DNA from: Porphyridium purpureum
Taxonomy: Eukaryota
Direction of reading: 5' to 3'
DNA: 64,000 nucleotides
Assembly: GCA_008690995.1 (NCBI GenBank)
Contig: VRMN01000008.1
Span: forward strand, 682,001-746,000
In this document: positions 42,972 to 53,168 of the stretch, piece by piece
How positions within the stretch are numbered: position 1 is the first letter of the stretch
Layout of the letters: the number at the start of each line of letters is the position of its first letter
Notes under the pieces: generated by a model
Databases searched by the model: none
What the model was told of the DNA's origin: nothing
What the model saw: the letters and a program-made list of their open reading frames with translations, nothing else
Translations under genes and position numbers: made by a program

Positions 42972-44195
42972 TCACAGGCACGCACGAATCTCCTCAGCAC
43001 GTTTGCGCTCCGCTGGCGCTTTGTCTGGCTCGCCGAGCTGCTCGAACGCTTCTGCACGCCATTCATGAAGCTGCGCGTATAGCTCCCGGTTCAGTGCAAA
43101 CTGTTCTACCTCTGCTGGATTTCGCATCCCTCGCTCGAACGCCTCGATCGCGTTGGTGATGTGCTGTGTACCGTCGCGCCGAATTTTCCTGTGCGGTTCA
43201 CTTGCCGGGCTCTGCACCTTGAGCCATCTAAGCGAAAGCGCGGCACAGTTGCGCATTTCCAAAAAGGTCTCGAACGTGTTGTGCTGCCCCAATTGCTCGC
43301 GCATTTCAATGATGCAGATGTGCATGTGGATGCTACTGGCGTCGTTGTTGCGGTCCATCTCTGCAATATTCTCCTTCATACCCCCCTTGCCATTGATCAA
43401 CTGCTCCGCCCTCTCAGGAGTCAGCTTCTCAATGACTGGTTTGCTGATCTGAACTTTCTCTTCGGACTGCGGCTGCCGCGATGCGCCACCAAAGCTTTTC
43501 CGAAGGCTCCTACGCAGACGACCGCCGATCGAATCACGCAGTGACTTGCGCTGCGTTTCACGGTGCGAAGCTTCGGCCGTGGCGCCATGACCAGTATCTG
43601 TATTCTTGTTTTCAGTGTCTGCCTGTGCAGACGGCTGCTTTTGACTGCCTCGCTTCAAAAACAACTTGCGTCTCTGATTGACATCAGCTGTGGACGCGAC
43701 TGGTGCTGGCTTCGGAGCACTAGGCTCGATTGCGGAGAGCGAAGGCCCGATGACCTTTCCCAAGTCGGCTTCTGTGACAGTGAGCATCAGTCTGGTCTTG
43801 TTACCTTCGATGCGGACTTCCTGGCGGCCAGACTCGAGCAGGTCGAGTGTGTTGATCTTGTAGTCGCCATTCACGTAGTACCAGTACACATGTCGTCCAG
43901 CCTTGACTGGCAGTATGCACGCGTACAGCCCCCCTCCGGCATGTTCCAGAGGGTACTCTTGCTTCATACGCGCGCCCAGGTATCCGCGTACATGGATCCG
44001 TGACGTGTCTCTACGCTCATCGTCGTCCTTTTGCTGCCACGCAAAGCACACCCACGCCACGTCGCTCGGCACCGCGCTGCATCGAGCTTCCTTGAGCGGC
44101 ACTGGCTTGAGCAGCGCGTTCGTCGCCCACTCATCCACTCCAGACCTATCTGGCACAAAGTTTGCGCATGCGCTCTGATTCTCCTTGCTAGCCAT
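42972..44195 (-). CDS. AMPK-beta/CBM48-like glycogen-binding domain protein
   Basis: VCFAW...IHVRG...YACILPVKAGRHVYWYYVNGDY. Start MASKEN at 44195. Confidence 0.6.
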   Translation of the reverse strand: MASKENQSACANFVPDRSGVDEWATNALLKPVPLKEARCSAVPSDVAWVCFAWQQKDDDERRDTSRIHVRGYLGARMKQEYPLEHAGGGLYACILPVKAGRHVYWYYVNGDYKINTLDLLESGRQEVRIEGNKTRLMLTVTEADLGKVIGPSLSAIEPSAPKPAPVASTADVNQRRKLFLKRGSQKQPSAQADTENKNTDTGHGATAEASHRETQRKSLRDSIGGRLRRSLRKSFGGASRQPQSEEKVQISKPVIEKLTPERAEQLINGKGGMKENIAEMDRNNDASSIHMHICIIEMREQLGQHNTFETFLEMRNCAALSLRWLKVQSPASEPHRKIRRDGTQHITNAIEAFERGMRNPAEVEQFALNRELYAQLHEWRAEAFEQLGEPDKAPAERKRAEEIRACL

Positions 44196-44855
44196 TTCCA
44201 GGTTGCTCGTCGTCCTCTTTTCTTCTTGCCTCCTTTCTCGTATCTTGTGCTCGCCGCAGCACTTTGCTGCTCGACTCTGCCTTTTCCACCGTCTGACACC
44301 CTCACACACCGCCACACCGCCACACACATATATACCTCCTGTCTTCCCAAATGCTGGTAGCTTCTCACGTCAGCGCTGCCGCTATCTTGTGTCGCTGCTC
44401 TTGTACTCATCCCCACTTGCCCAGCTGCTGCTTTCCCATCGCAGGCGCGCAGATGCGCAACGAACACGCGAAATGGAAACGGACCGTTTCAGCTGCGTGG
44501 CCGTTTCGAATCTCCCCGCCACACTTTGCGCGTTTCGAAACGCGTCGAACCCTAGAGTACTTGGGTTCGCCAGGATGAAATGCACATGCCATTGTCATCA
44601 CATCTGTGTTGCAGGATGATTTACAGCACTTGTGTCATCGTCAAACTGATATGATTTAAGGATGACATCTTTGTCATCTTGTAAGTAACCCCAGCGTCAT
44701 CCTGAACCGTCGCGCAACCCTAGCGCCGCGTGTACAGTTGAGCTGAGAAAGGTTGGTGAGGCGAGATGAGTGTAGCCGAGGACGTAGGGAGAAGAGGAGA
44801 AGGCTTGTAGCCGGTGGAGTTTGGGTGGTTGTGAGAAGGGATGCCGGGCGCAGGA

Positions 44856-45563
44856 ATGGCCGCGACATGGCGGCAGGTGCTTGTTCAAAGAGGTAGTCGG
44901 GCAAGCTGGCCTTCGGGGCGTCTGGGTTGCTTTCGACAAAGGAATTTCGCCGCGTGGGTCGTGCCAAGGAACAGAAGACGTGATGCGCTGGGACTGGATC
45001 GGGAGACAGAAAGCACGCTCCGAATGGATCGTGGTAGAATAGCTTGTGGTGGTAGCATGGTGGCGTGCGGTGAGCGCGGCGTGGCCACCATGGCGGTACA
45101 TGCTTTTGAGAATTCAGAGTTGGTCCCCGCGGCGCCTCACCCGACGGCTGTTGCGCAGAGCGCTCTGCAAAAGGCGAAGAGCTTCATGGCAGATGTGGTC
45201 GCGAGTTGGAAAGCAGCCGCACAATCGCTCGTGCCCGCGGTGACGTCGCCGCAGCCGGCCGTGCAAGAAGCGTCGTCGCGCGTGCCGGGTATCTTTGACT
45301 CCCTTTTGGACGGCTGGGTGCTCGGCGTGCCCAAGAAGAGGAGGTCGAAGCGTACGGTGCGGATGCGCCATAAGGCTTGGGCTTTGAGGCCACAGAAGAA
45401 CATTGTCAAGTGCCTGACGTGCGGGCGCGCGAAATTACCCGGCAGATACTGCGACCCGCGCGCCGCGTGCAGGAGGAAGGCTGAAGAGATCCACATGTAC
45501 GAAGCGAGGCGAAAAGCCGCCGCAGCAGGCCAAAGCAACCAGACGCCACCACCGTCTACATAA
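44856..45563 (+). CDS. MRPL32: Mitochondrial ribosomal protein bL32m precursor
   Basis: Long presequence, then GVPKKRRSKRTVRMR...CLTCGRAKLPGRYC. Start at 44856 or 44841. Confidence 0.85.
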   Translation: MAATWRQVLVQRGSRASWPSGRLGCFRQRNFAAWVVPRNRRRDALGLDRETESTLRMDRGRIACGGSMVACGERGVATMAVHAFENSELVPAAPHPTAVAQSALQKAKSFMADVVASWKAAAQSLVPAVTSPQPAVQEASSRVPGIFDSLLDGWVLGVPKKRRSKRTVRMRHKAWALRPQKNIVKCLTCGRAKLPGRYCDPRAACRRKAEEIHMYEARRKAAAAGQSNQTPPPST

Positions 45564-45630
45564 CTCCGCAACAGGTTCACACTCGAAATTAAACACGCGA
45601 GTCCGTTGGCATCACAAATGGGAGCGAAAG

Positions 45631-46314
45631 ATGGAAGGCTTTTTGGATGAGGAGCTCACGCGTGAGCAGGCGCCCCTACCTGTGAAGACCCGCCAGGTCA
45701 TTTTAAGCGCTTTGCTGAGCCATCATGCGCAGTATTCGGCGCTGTGTATGCTGTTTGCCCGACTCGATGGACGCGAAGCCCGGGCGCGGTGCGGCGAGGC
45801 CGTTCTGCAGAATGTTGCGTTTTCCGGCTTTCCCAAAGTAATCAATGCGCTGCGCGAACTGCAGCGCGCTGGGCTTCTCGAACCGAGCATCATTGTCGCG
45901 CGGCCAGAACAAGACCAGAACATATTCGGCGCGGTGTACGGCCAGACAGCGAATCAAGTTCGCAACGACATTGAGGCAACCAGTGACGTGCTGTGGGAAT
46001 GGATCGACCAATTCGTTTATCATACTGTGCTTTCGCGGTCTCTGCTGGAGCCCAAGTTGCGCGAGCTCTGCATTGTGGCGCTGCTGTGTGGAAGCGACCT
46101 AGTTTCGGAACCGCGCATTCTGCTTGGCCACATGTTGGGTGCTCTACGAGTCGGAGCATCCCAGGAAGAAGTACGCGACGTGATCCGGCTCAGCGCTCAG
46201 CTGTCCAGTCTGGTCCGGCAGAATGTAGACGTCGCTACAGTGAAGCCGATTCAATCAGTGCTGGACCGCTTTGAGCGGCTGGCGCCTGCCGCGGCCGCGG
46301 AACACAAACTGTAG
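45631..46314 (+). CDS. Carboxymuconolactone decarboxylase-like (AhpD fold) protein
   Basis: FSGFPKVINAL, LEPKLRELCIVALL, HMLGALRVGASQEEV. Confidence 0.8.
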   Translation: MEGFLDEELTREQAPLPVKTRQVILSALLSHHAQYSALCMLFARLDGREARARCGEAVLQNVAFSGFPKVINALRELQRAGLLEPSIIVARPEQDQNIFGAVYGQTANQVRNDIEATSDVLWEWIDQFVYHTVLSRSLLEPKLRELCIVALLCGSDLVSEPRILLGHMLGALRVGASQEEVRDVIRLSAQLSSLVRQNVDVATVKPIQSVLDRFERLAPAAAAEHKL

Positions 46315-46929
46315 CGCCCGCGGGACAGGACCGTTCAGAAAGCGAAAGCTTGGATCACTAGCCATGCGCAGCTTTATAGCTTTAGATCCTCAGTCCGTTG
46401 TTTGTGTATCAAAAACCGGCAAAGCGTGTATTGACACGAGCGACCACGGACGACACGAGCGCTGAACGACACGCAGGCGCGAAAGGTAGGTGTTACGTGG
46501 ACGCGTGCGAACGACAGCACATATGTCTATCCACGAGAGCAGCGCGTGCATGCATTGAGACACGACGGCGTCTGAGTCTGTGTGTTTATAAACCTGCTCA
46601 CGTGCGTTCACCCAAGCTCATCCGTCAGCAGCCCATCGTCGATGCTACCCATCAGCATGGCTCTTTCTCTGCCAGCTTGCCAGCCTGCGGCGGCTCGCGC
46701 GAGCCAAGCGCCTTACCGTTGCCACGACACATCAGCTTACTCTATCTTGATCCAGTTTGCCGTCTTCTTTCGCGCACCATTTGTCCAGAGGCTCCGAAAC
46801 TTTCTTTTACCTTTTTTTGGCGACACGCTGTCGCTTGTCGGTAGGCCGTCGGAGGGAAGAACGCGTTGGCAAAGACGGGCAGACGGGAGGAAGGACGAGC
46901 GCGCAGACCGGGCGAAAGCGGGCAACAAG

Positions 46930-47478
46930 ATGGCCGTCGTGCAGCCCTTGATTCGCGGGGTGGTCATTATCAACGCTGACGGGCGGCGTGTGGCGGCGCG
47001 GTACTGCGATAAGCGACGCTTCCGGGACCTCGAGTCGGAGCGCGCGCTTGAGGGAGCGCTTTATCGCAAGATGCAGACCATCCCGGAGCTTCCGAATGCA
47101 GAGGATCTGTTTGAAATGGACGATAATGTTATTGTCTTTAAGCAGATGGAGGACGTGTTCTTCTTTGTGGTCGGCGACGCTCGGGAGAACGAGATTGTGC
47201 TTTGCGAGGTGCTTGGAGCGCTCACGGGCGCGCTTGATTTGCTGCTGCGCCAGCAGGTCTACGATGAAAACATGCAGCTCAATCTCAAGCTGGTGCTCTT
47301 GACACTGGACGAGCTCGTGGATACTGAGGGTGTCATTCTCGAGACGGACGGCATCGAGCTCGCCAGCCGCGTCGGCGCATCGCCGTACCTGAGCGACGCG
47401 ATCCCGATCGGCGATCAAACGCTCACGCAGGCGCTCCAAAGTGCCCGCGATCAGATCACTCGGTCGATTTTGAGTTAA
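46930..47478 (+). CDS. COPZ1: Coatomer subunit zeta
   Basis: DGRRVAARY, FFVVGDARENEIVL, LTLDELVDTEGVILETD, QTLTQALQSARDQITRSILS. Confidence 0.92.
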   Translation: MAVVQPLIRGVVIINADGRRVAARYCDKRRFRDLESERALEGALYRKMQTIPELPNAEDLFEMDDNVIVFKQMEDVFFFVVGDARENEIVLCEVLGALTGALDLLLRQQVYDENMQLNLKLVLLTLDELVDTEGVILETDGIELASRVGASPYLSDAIPIGDQTLTQALQSARDQITRSILS

Positions 47479-47573
47479 ACAAGAGTGCTAGAACGAGTGC
47501 TGGAATCGAACCTTTACATAGCATCCTGGGTCGAACCAGAAAGATAACACAACATCGAGCTTCGTACAACTGG

Positions 47574-48893
47574 CTAAAGTTCCAAGGCCCTTTCCACTTG
47601 ATTCCAGCGCTTACTCTCCGCTTCAAACACGTACGTCACTGGGAGTACGCACACTCCGCTGCCGCCAATGCTGCGCAGCTCTTGCACCGCACGGTACAAG
47701 AGGCGCTTCGGGATAACGAGCGCAATGGCGTACATACCTTCGTCCATTCCCTGAGGCGGAATGACCATACTTATTGTAGGACCGTCCATGCCGCGCAGTA
47801 CAGTGCCCTTCGCCAACTTTCGCGCGACTTCGCCCGGGCTTGCGCCTCGAATATTCGCAATCAAGTTGTACTGGTCAGCGCCCAAAATGTGAGCTTCAAT
47901 GCGCTCCAGCAGCTCCCTCGCCACGCCAAGCAGCGGTTTGCTTTTCTGCAACTCCGTGCGATTCGCCACCAGCTGCATCGTTGATTGCAGCACCATCCCG
48001 CCCGAGATTTCCTTGAGGAGATTCTCGCGCAAGGTGACGCCCGACGACACCAGATCGAGGATGATGTCTGCCGTCCCCATTTGCGTGGACGCTTCGAGAG
48101 CGCCGTCCATGTACACGAAACGATAGTTGGAAAATCCCTTCTCGGCAAAGAAGCGCTCACCCAGATTGCTAAACTTGGTAGCAATGCGAAGCGGTTCCGG
48201 GGCGTTCGCATACTCGGCAAAGAGCTCGTCGATCGTGTTGATGTGACTCCACCCCATGGGTACGCCGATACCCAGATGGCACGCGCCAAAGCCCAGATCT
48301 TCATGCACAGTCACGATCTCCTGGGACATTCCTGCGTACTCTGCGATCAGATCGTGACCCGTTATGCCAAGGTCGACATCACCATTCGCCACCTTGCGCG
48401 CAATGTCAGAGGGGCGCTGCAGCCACACCTCGAGGTTCTCAACGTCGCGCAACTTGGCGATGTACTGCCGTGGATTCGAAATCACGAGGTCCATGCCGAC
48501 GGCCTTGAGCAGGGCCTTGGTTTCATCCGCCATTCCGCCCTTGGAAGGAATGGCGAGCCGCATAATGCCTTCCTTCCTGCCCTCTCGCACGCTACCATTC
48601 TTACTCTCTGCCGCACCCAGTGCAGCGGATTCAGCCACAGTCGCTGGTGCGGACGGCGATGCAGGCGCGCCGGTGCCCAAACTGTGCGCGTCGGCCTTGT
48701 CGACCACCGTGTCGCTTTCCATGGCGGAGCGCATGCGCTCGCCGCGGAGCCTGCTCACACCAGCCCGTGACCGACATCGACCCGCGGATCTTAGTCTCGG
48801 CCTGAGCACGCAGCTGCCGCTTGCGCCGAGCGTGCGCGGCGTCGTCCCCACAGACGCAGAGGACGCCCACACGGGCGTAACAAACGCGGCCAT
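47574..48893 (-). CDS. hisG: ATP phosphoribosyltransferase (long form), plastid-targeted
   Basis: MAAFV transit peptide; RLAIPSKG, QRPSDI, DLGITG, RIATKF, DIILDLVSSGVTLRENLL. Confidence 0.96.
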   Translation of the reverse strand: MAAFVTPVWASSASVGTTPRTLGASGSCVLRPRLRSAGRCRSRAGVSRLRGERMRSAMESDTVVDKADAHSLGTGAPASPSAPATVAESAALGAAESKNGSVREGRKEGIMRLAIPSKGGMADETKALLKAVGMDLVISNPRQYIAKLRDVENLEVWLQRPSDIARKVANGDVDLGITGHDLIAEYAGMSQEIVTVHEDLGFGACHLGIGVPMGWSHINTIDELFAEYANAPEPLRIATKFSNLGERFFAEKGFSNYRFVYMDGALEASTQMGTADIILDLVSSGVTLRENLLKEISGGMVLQSTMQLVANRTELQKSKPLLGVARELLERIEAHILGADQYNLIANIRGASPGEVARKLAKGTVLRGMDGPTISMVIPPQGMDEGMYAIALVIPKRLLYRAVQELRSIGGSGVCVLPVTYVFEAESKRWNQVERALEL

Positions 48894-49591
48894 ACTTTTT
48901 CTGCGCGCGCCGCCGCCCCGAATCTCTCAACCGCGAGTGACGCCCGCGGAAACAAAGCAGCGGCACAACACCGACCCGCTCCGGCAGCACACCGTCGCGC
49001 CGCGTTCACAACCCAGCGAACACGCCCCACACATCAACTGCGCACGTCGCCCCGTGCCACTGCGACGAGCGACACACACACACACCCCTCGCCCTGCGTA
49101 GACCACTGCCGCATTGCTTTGTCATCTGGTCGCTGCTCGCTGTACAGCAAGTGTACCGCGAGTTCACACTGCAAGGTCGCGCGCGTTCACGAGGGAGGGG
49201 AAAGGGGCCAAAATCCTGGCGCAGGCCGTGATTGGATGTCTGGACGCGCGTCAGTCTGTGTTCGTGAATCTCGTTGCGCCGGTGTGAAGCGCCAACGCCC
49301 ACAACCTGGGTGACTTCACGCATGCAGCAACTGTGCGACATTTTCCAAACGGCGCTTGTCGACCGGCCATCGACAAGCACAGCGGCCCGCACGGTCTGCT
49401 TTGAGCTGGATATGCGCGTGTCCCATCCATCCGAACGCGCCGTTTCCCTCAGCCTCCTGTTGCCACTGAGCAGAAGCCCAGCACCACTCCATCACAGCCC
49501 GCCGCCACTATCCCCAGCCGCCACGCCTCTCACCACCCCGCTGCCAATGTCTCGCCACCACCCTGTCACGCCATTTCAGAACTTGCCAATT

Positions 49592-49663
49592 AACCGTTGT
49601 AACCGTTGTAACCGTTGGAACCGTTGTAACCGTTGCAACCGTTGTAACCGTTGGAACCGTTGG
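49592..49663. repeat. 8 x 9-bp tandem array AACCGTTG(T/G/C); MYB/MSA-like AACGG sites on the minus strand
   Basis: Eight contiguous units counted directly, ~290 bp upstream of the VTA1 ATG. Confidence 0.9.
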
Positions 49664-49845
49664 CGGTCACTGTACACTATTCAATGTACAGTTCCGAAGC
49701 GTCTAGTGCGAGCTGGACACCCAGCGACCAAACCGTAGTGGGCTAATCGGTTTCAAAGTCGCCGTTTTTTTTATGTGGTCAAGTTGAAACGCGTGAGAGC
49801 TAGTTTCGACAGGAGGGGAAAGGAGGGAGAACGGGTGAGAGAAGG

Positions 49846-49867
49846 GAGAGAGAGAGAGAGAGAGAGA
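49846..49867. repeat. (GA)n microsatellite in VTA1 leader
   Basis: Uninterrupted GA run. Confidence 0.9.
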
Positions 49868-49953
49868 CTGGGAGAGGGAGGGAAAGGGGAATAGGGGAGC
49901 GGCGGCGTGCGGAATACGGCGCGGCAGGTGTGGTTGGGTGGGCAGAGGCAGGT

Positions 49954-51525
49954 ATGGTGCGTGCAGTGGAGGCGGAGGTGCCGCCGTCGCTGCGGAAGAT
50001 CCACAAGTATGTCAAGTACGCGAACGAGATGCTGCCGATCGACCAGATGGTGAGCTACTATGTCCTGCAGTACGCGCTGGAGGAGGGGCTCAAGCTGCGC
50101 GACAAGAGCGACCCGAACGCAAACAAGTACATCGGACTGCTGCTGGATGAGGCAGAGGCGCTAGGCCCCAAGATCCCGGGAACGCGCGACGAACATCGCG
50201 TCAAGATGGAGGAGTTCGCGTACGGCGTTTTCAAGGCGGCCGACGACGAGGACCGCGCGGGAAGGGCGACAAAGGAAACCGCGTTTGCGTTTTTCGCGGC
50301 GTTTAGTTACATTGAGGTGTGCCAGCTCTTTGGCGAGCTGCCCATCGACCTCGACGAAAAGCGCCGGTACGCGAAATTCAAGGTAAGCAGCATTCTGCTC
50401 GCGCTGAAAGAGGGCCGCAGGCCAGAGCCAGGTGGGCCCGGCAGGATTGAGAGCGATCACGAAGAGCAGCGCGATGACGCATCGCGAGAACAGAGCATGC
50501 CTGGGCCGGAAAGGGGCCAGGAACTGGCCTCCACGTATGAGGAAGAGACTGCGGCTGGTGGTACGCGCAGTGATTTCAGTGCACCGGCCGCAAGTTCCAT
50601 GTATCCGGATGCGGCTGGAACTCACGATGGATACCCGGATATGTCGCCACCGGCGCCACCAGGTCACAGTGGATACCCGGATATGTCGCCACCGGCACCT
50701 GCAGCTCACAGTGGATACCCGGATATGTCGCCACCGGCACCTGCAGCTCACAGTGGATACCCGGATATGTCGCCACCGGCACCGCCAGCTCACAGTGGAT
50801 ACCCAGGTATGCCACGGCCGGCGCCTAAAGGAGACTCGCTCAATTCGGAGCATCCAGCTTCCATGGGATATCCTGGCATGTTCGGTCCGTCTGCGCCGCA
50901 GCAGGGCTCCTCGGCCCCGCCGGCCGAACTTGTGTCGGATGGGGAGGGCGTCGCAAATCCTTACGCTTCACCGGTTGCTTCTCAAGCATATCCATCGTAC
51001 GGTCCGCCGCCGTCATCCGGATCGGCAGGCGCCAAGCCGACTGGAGGGTACTATCCAGAGTACTCAGATGCATCGACTGGCAGGGCCGGTCCGTACGTGC
51101 CGTTTAATAGCCGGGCAAAACCAACCGCCGGCAATGGGGCTGGTCCTCCTGGTAGTCCAGCTTCAAGTTCAGCTTTGTATCCAGGTTATGGCGGAGCGAC
51201 AGGGACAGATGCTAGTGCTGTGCCCGCCAGAAAAGAAGCAACAGTGCCCGCATCATCTGCAGCACCGCCGTACCCGACTGGAGCTCGATCGAACTCTTCC
51301 GCTCCAGGTGGTGCTTCTGCTCCGGCGGCGGCGGCGGCGCCAGCTACGCCGAGATCACTTTCTATTGCGCCAGTGCCGGGATACACGCCAGACGTGAAAG
51401 ACTTGAGCAAGGCGCAGAAGCACGCAAAGAACTGCGCGTCTGCAATCGATTTTAGAGACACTACGACGGCTGTGAAGGAGCTCAAAGCCGCGTTGATCCT
51501 TCTCACCGGCATGAAAATCGAGTAA
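49954..51525 (+). CDS. VTA1: VTA1/LIP5 Vps4 cofactor (ESCRT pathway)
   Basis: N-terminal MIT region (VSYYVLQYALEEG, FKAADDEDRAG, EKRRYAKFK) and C-terminal VSL (KAQKHAKNCASAIDFRDTTTAVKELKAAL). Confidence 0.92.
   Translation: MVRAVEAEVPPSLRKIHKYVKYANEMLPIDQMVSYYVLQYALEEGLKLRDKSDPNANKYIGLLLDEAEALGPKIPGTRDEHRVKMEEFAYGVFKAADDEDRAGRATKETAFAFFAAFSYIEVCQLFGELPIDLDEKRRYAKFKVSSILLALKEGRRPEPGGPGRIESDHEEQRDDASREQSMPGPERGQELASTYEEETAAGGTRSDFSAPAASSMYPDAAGTHDGYPDMSPPAPPGHSGYPDMSPPAPAAHSGYPDMSPPAPAAHSGYPDMSPPAPPAHSGYPGMPRPAPKGDSLNSEHPASMGYPGMFGPSAPQQGSSAPPAELVSDGEGVANPYASPVASQAYPSYGPPPSSGSAGAKPTGGYYPEYSDASTGRAGPYVPFNSRAKPTAGNGAGPPGSPASSSALYPGYGGATGTDASAVPARKEATVPASSAAPPYPTGARSNSSAPGGASAPAAAAAPATPRSLSIAPVPGYTPDVKDLSKAQKHAKNCASAIDFRDTTTAVKELKAALILLTGMKIE
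50629..50826 (+). repeat. 42-bp coding tandem repeat (GYPDMSPPAPAAHS x~4.7)
   Basis: GGATACCC starts units at 50629, 50671, 50713, 50755 and 50797. Confidence 0.95.
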
Positions 51526-51666
51526 ACAAGAAATGGTCAGATGGTTGCCCCGTGCTTGTATCTTTGTGCGTCGCCGCACGAACGCGATTCTAATTTTTAT
51601 AAATTCGCAGTTTTCGGAAAGGCTTAGAGGCCGTGAGAGAGAGAACCAGTCATTCAGCCATCCAAT

Positions 51667-53079
51667 ATGCCGCGTCACGGCAGCAAAGCGGCAGACACAT
51701 TGTCAGCCGTCGGCAGTGCGGGAACGGAGCCCGCCGGTCTGGCGCCGCTGGCGAGTCCCAATGTCAGGTGGGCACTGCTCGTTGTACTTGTTAGCGTGTC
51801 GTTCTCGACAGGTGCGATTAACTCGGTATTGATGAAGCGGTACGGGCAGTCTGTGGTTCTCTGGAGCAAGCTCAGTGGCGTGTCTCTGGACCGCGCCGAC
51901 TTTGAAGCAGTAGAATTCAGCAAACTGCATTATGGCAGCATGTCGCAGTCCGAGACCTCGGCGGACCAAGTGCGCATGGACTACGAGAACTTGGTGCGTA
52001 CCATGATGTACCCGTTCCCCGTGATTCCCCGGAGCCTGTACATGGATGTGTTTAATCGTAGGAGCTGCGGATTATGCGTGCTGATCCAGGTCAAGAACAA
52101 GGAGGTGTGGTACTATGACCCGCGCGCGATCCATCGCAAGGCGCAGGTGTTCCACCAGATCCGCGTTCGCGAGGCGCTGTTCTGGACCATTGAGGCTGTC
52201 AAGCGGAACCGAATTGATGACGTCGAATTTGTGCTCAACGTTGCGGACTCGGTCATCACGACAGACCGCCCCCACAATTACAGGCTTGCTGAATCAGAGC
52301 CGCTGCCGCGGCCCATTGTTGGAGCCACTTGGTGCAATTTTTCGTCAAGCCTGCCCTACCCGATCTTCTTCTATGATTTGCTGAGGAGAGCGTTTCCATC
52401 CAAGCTCCAATATCGGCGCCTACGAACGCTGGACGAGTGGGAGGACCGCGTCCTGCAGTACCTGTCTGGCGAAGGCACCGAATGGTCAAAGAAGAGCCCC
52501 AAGGCCATCTTCAGGGGCGCGAATCGAGACAGTCAGTACGTGCTACCCGAGGACAAGAACGCGTCGTGCTTCAAGGTTGGCCGCTCCAAGCTGCACCGCA
52601 TTGGGCGGCAGAATACGGACGTGCTGGACGTGGTCACGACTGGCTCTTGCGGTGGTCAGAAAATCGGTCAGGCCGCACAGTATACCTTGTTTCTGCAGCA
52701 GTCCTACAAGTACCAGATTTACGTCGACGGCAACGGCTTTTGGGCGGATCGCCTGCCGCTACTCTTGTTTTCGCAGAGCTGCCCCGTTAAGCAAATCACT
52801 CCGTGCCAGCTGTTTTTCGAGCCGCTGCTCAAGGCATGGGAACACTATATTCCGACCGACTACTTTTTCGACGACCTGGTCGACAACATGAAGCGCACAA
52901 CCGATGTGCACGCGCGCGAAATGGCCGTACGCTCGCAGCTGTGGGCAAAGGATTATCTGAGCTTCAACTCAATTGTGACGTACGCCGAGGTCTTTCTGGC
53001 ACAGCTCGGCGAGCGGCTGGAAAACCGCAATTTTGCGATCCCTCGCAAGGCGTTTAAGGTTTTCCCTGTGCTCTCGTAA
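51667..53079 (+). CDS. Glycosyltransferase family 90 (CAP10/POGLUT-like), type II membrane protein
   Basis: N-terminal TM, DVEFVLNVAD, WSKKSPKAIFRG, YKYQIYVDGN, FFEPLLKAWEHYIP. Confidence 0.88.
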   Translation: MPRHGSKAADTLSAVGSAGTEPAGLAPLASPNVRWALLVVLVSVSFSTGAINSVLMKRYGQSVVLWSKLSGVSLDRADFEAVEFSKLHYGSMSQSETSADQVRMDYENLVRTMMYPFPVIPRSLYMDVFNRRSCGLCVLIQVKNKEVWYYDPRAIHRKAQVFHQIRVREALFWTIEAVKRNRIDDVEFVLNVADSVITTDRPHNYRLAESEPLPRPIVGATWCNFSSSLPYPIFFYDLLRRAFPSKLQYRRLRTLDEWEDRVLQYLSGEGTEWSKKSPKAIFRGANRDSQYVLPEDKNASCFKVGRSKLHRIGRQNTDVLDVVTTGSCGGQKIGQAAQYTLFLQQSYKYQIYVDGNGFWADRLPLLLFSQSCPVKQITPCQLFFEPLLKAWEHYIPTDYFFDDLVDNMKRTTDVHAREMAVRSQLWAKDYLSFNSIVTYAEVFLAQLGERLENRNFAIPRKAFKVFPVLS

Positions 53080-53168
53080 CGGTTCATTGTGAGTCGCGAT
53101 ATCCACCGTGCCTTTACAATCAGCCTGCTAGGCGTGACGTGCTCTCAACGTGGCGACAGTCCGTGCCC

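Noticed and set aside
49592..49663. CRISPR array or telomere
   Set aside because: Units are 9 bp and contiguous, with no unique spacers and no cas genes. The array is internal and lacks a G-tract telomere pattern.
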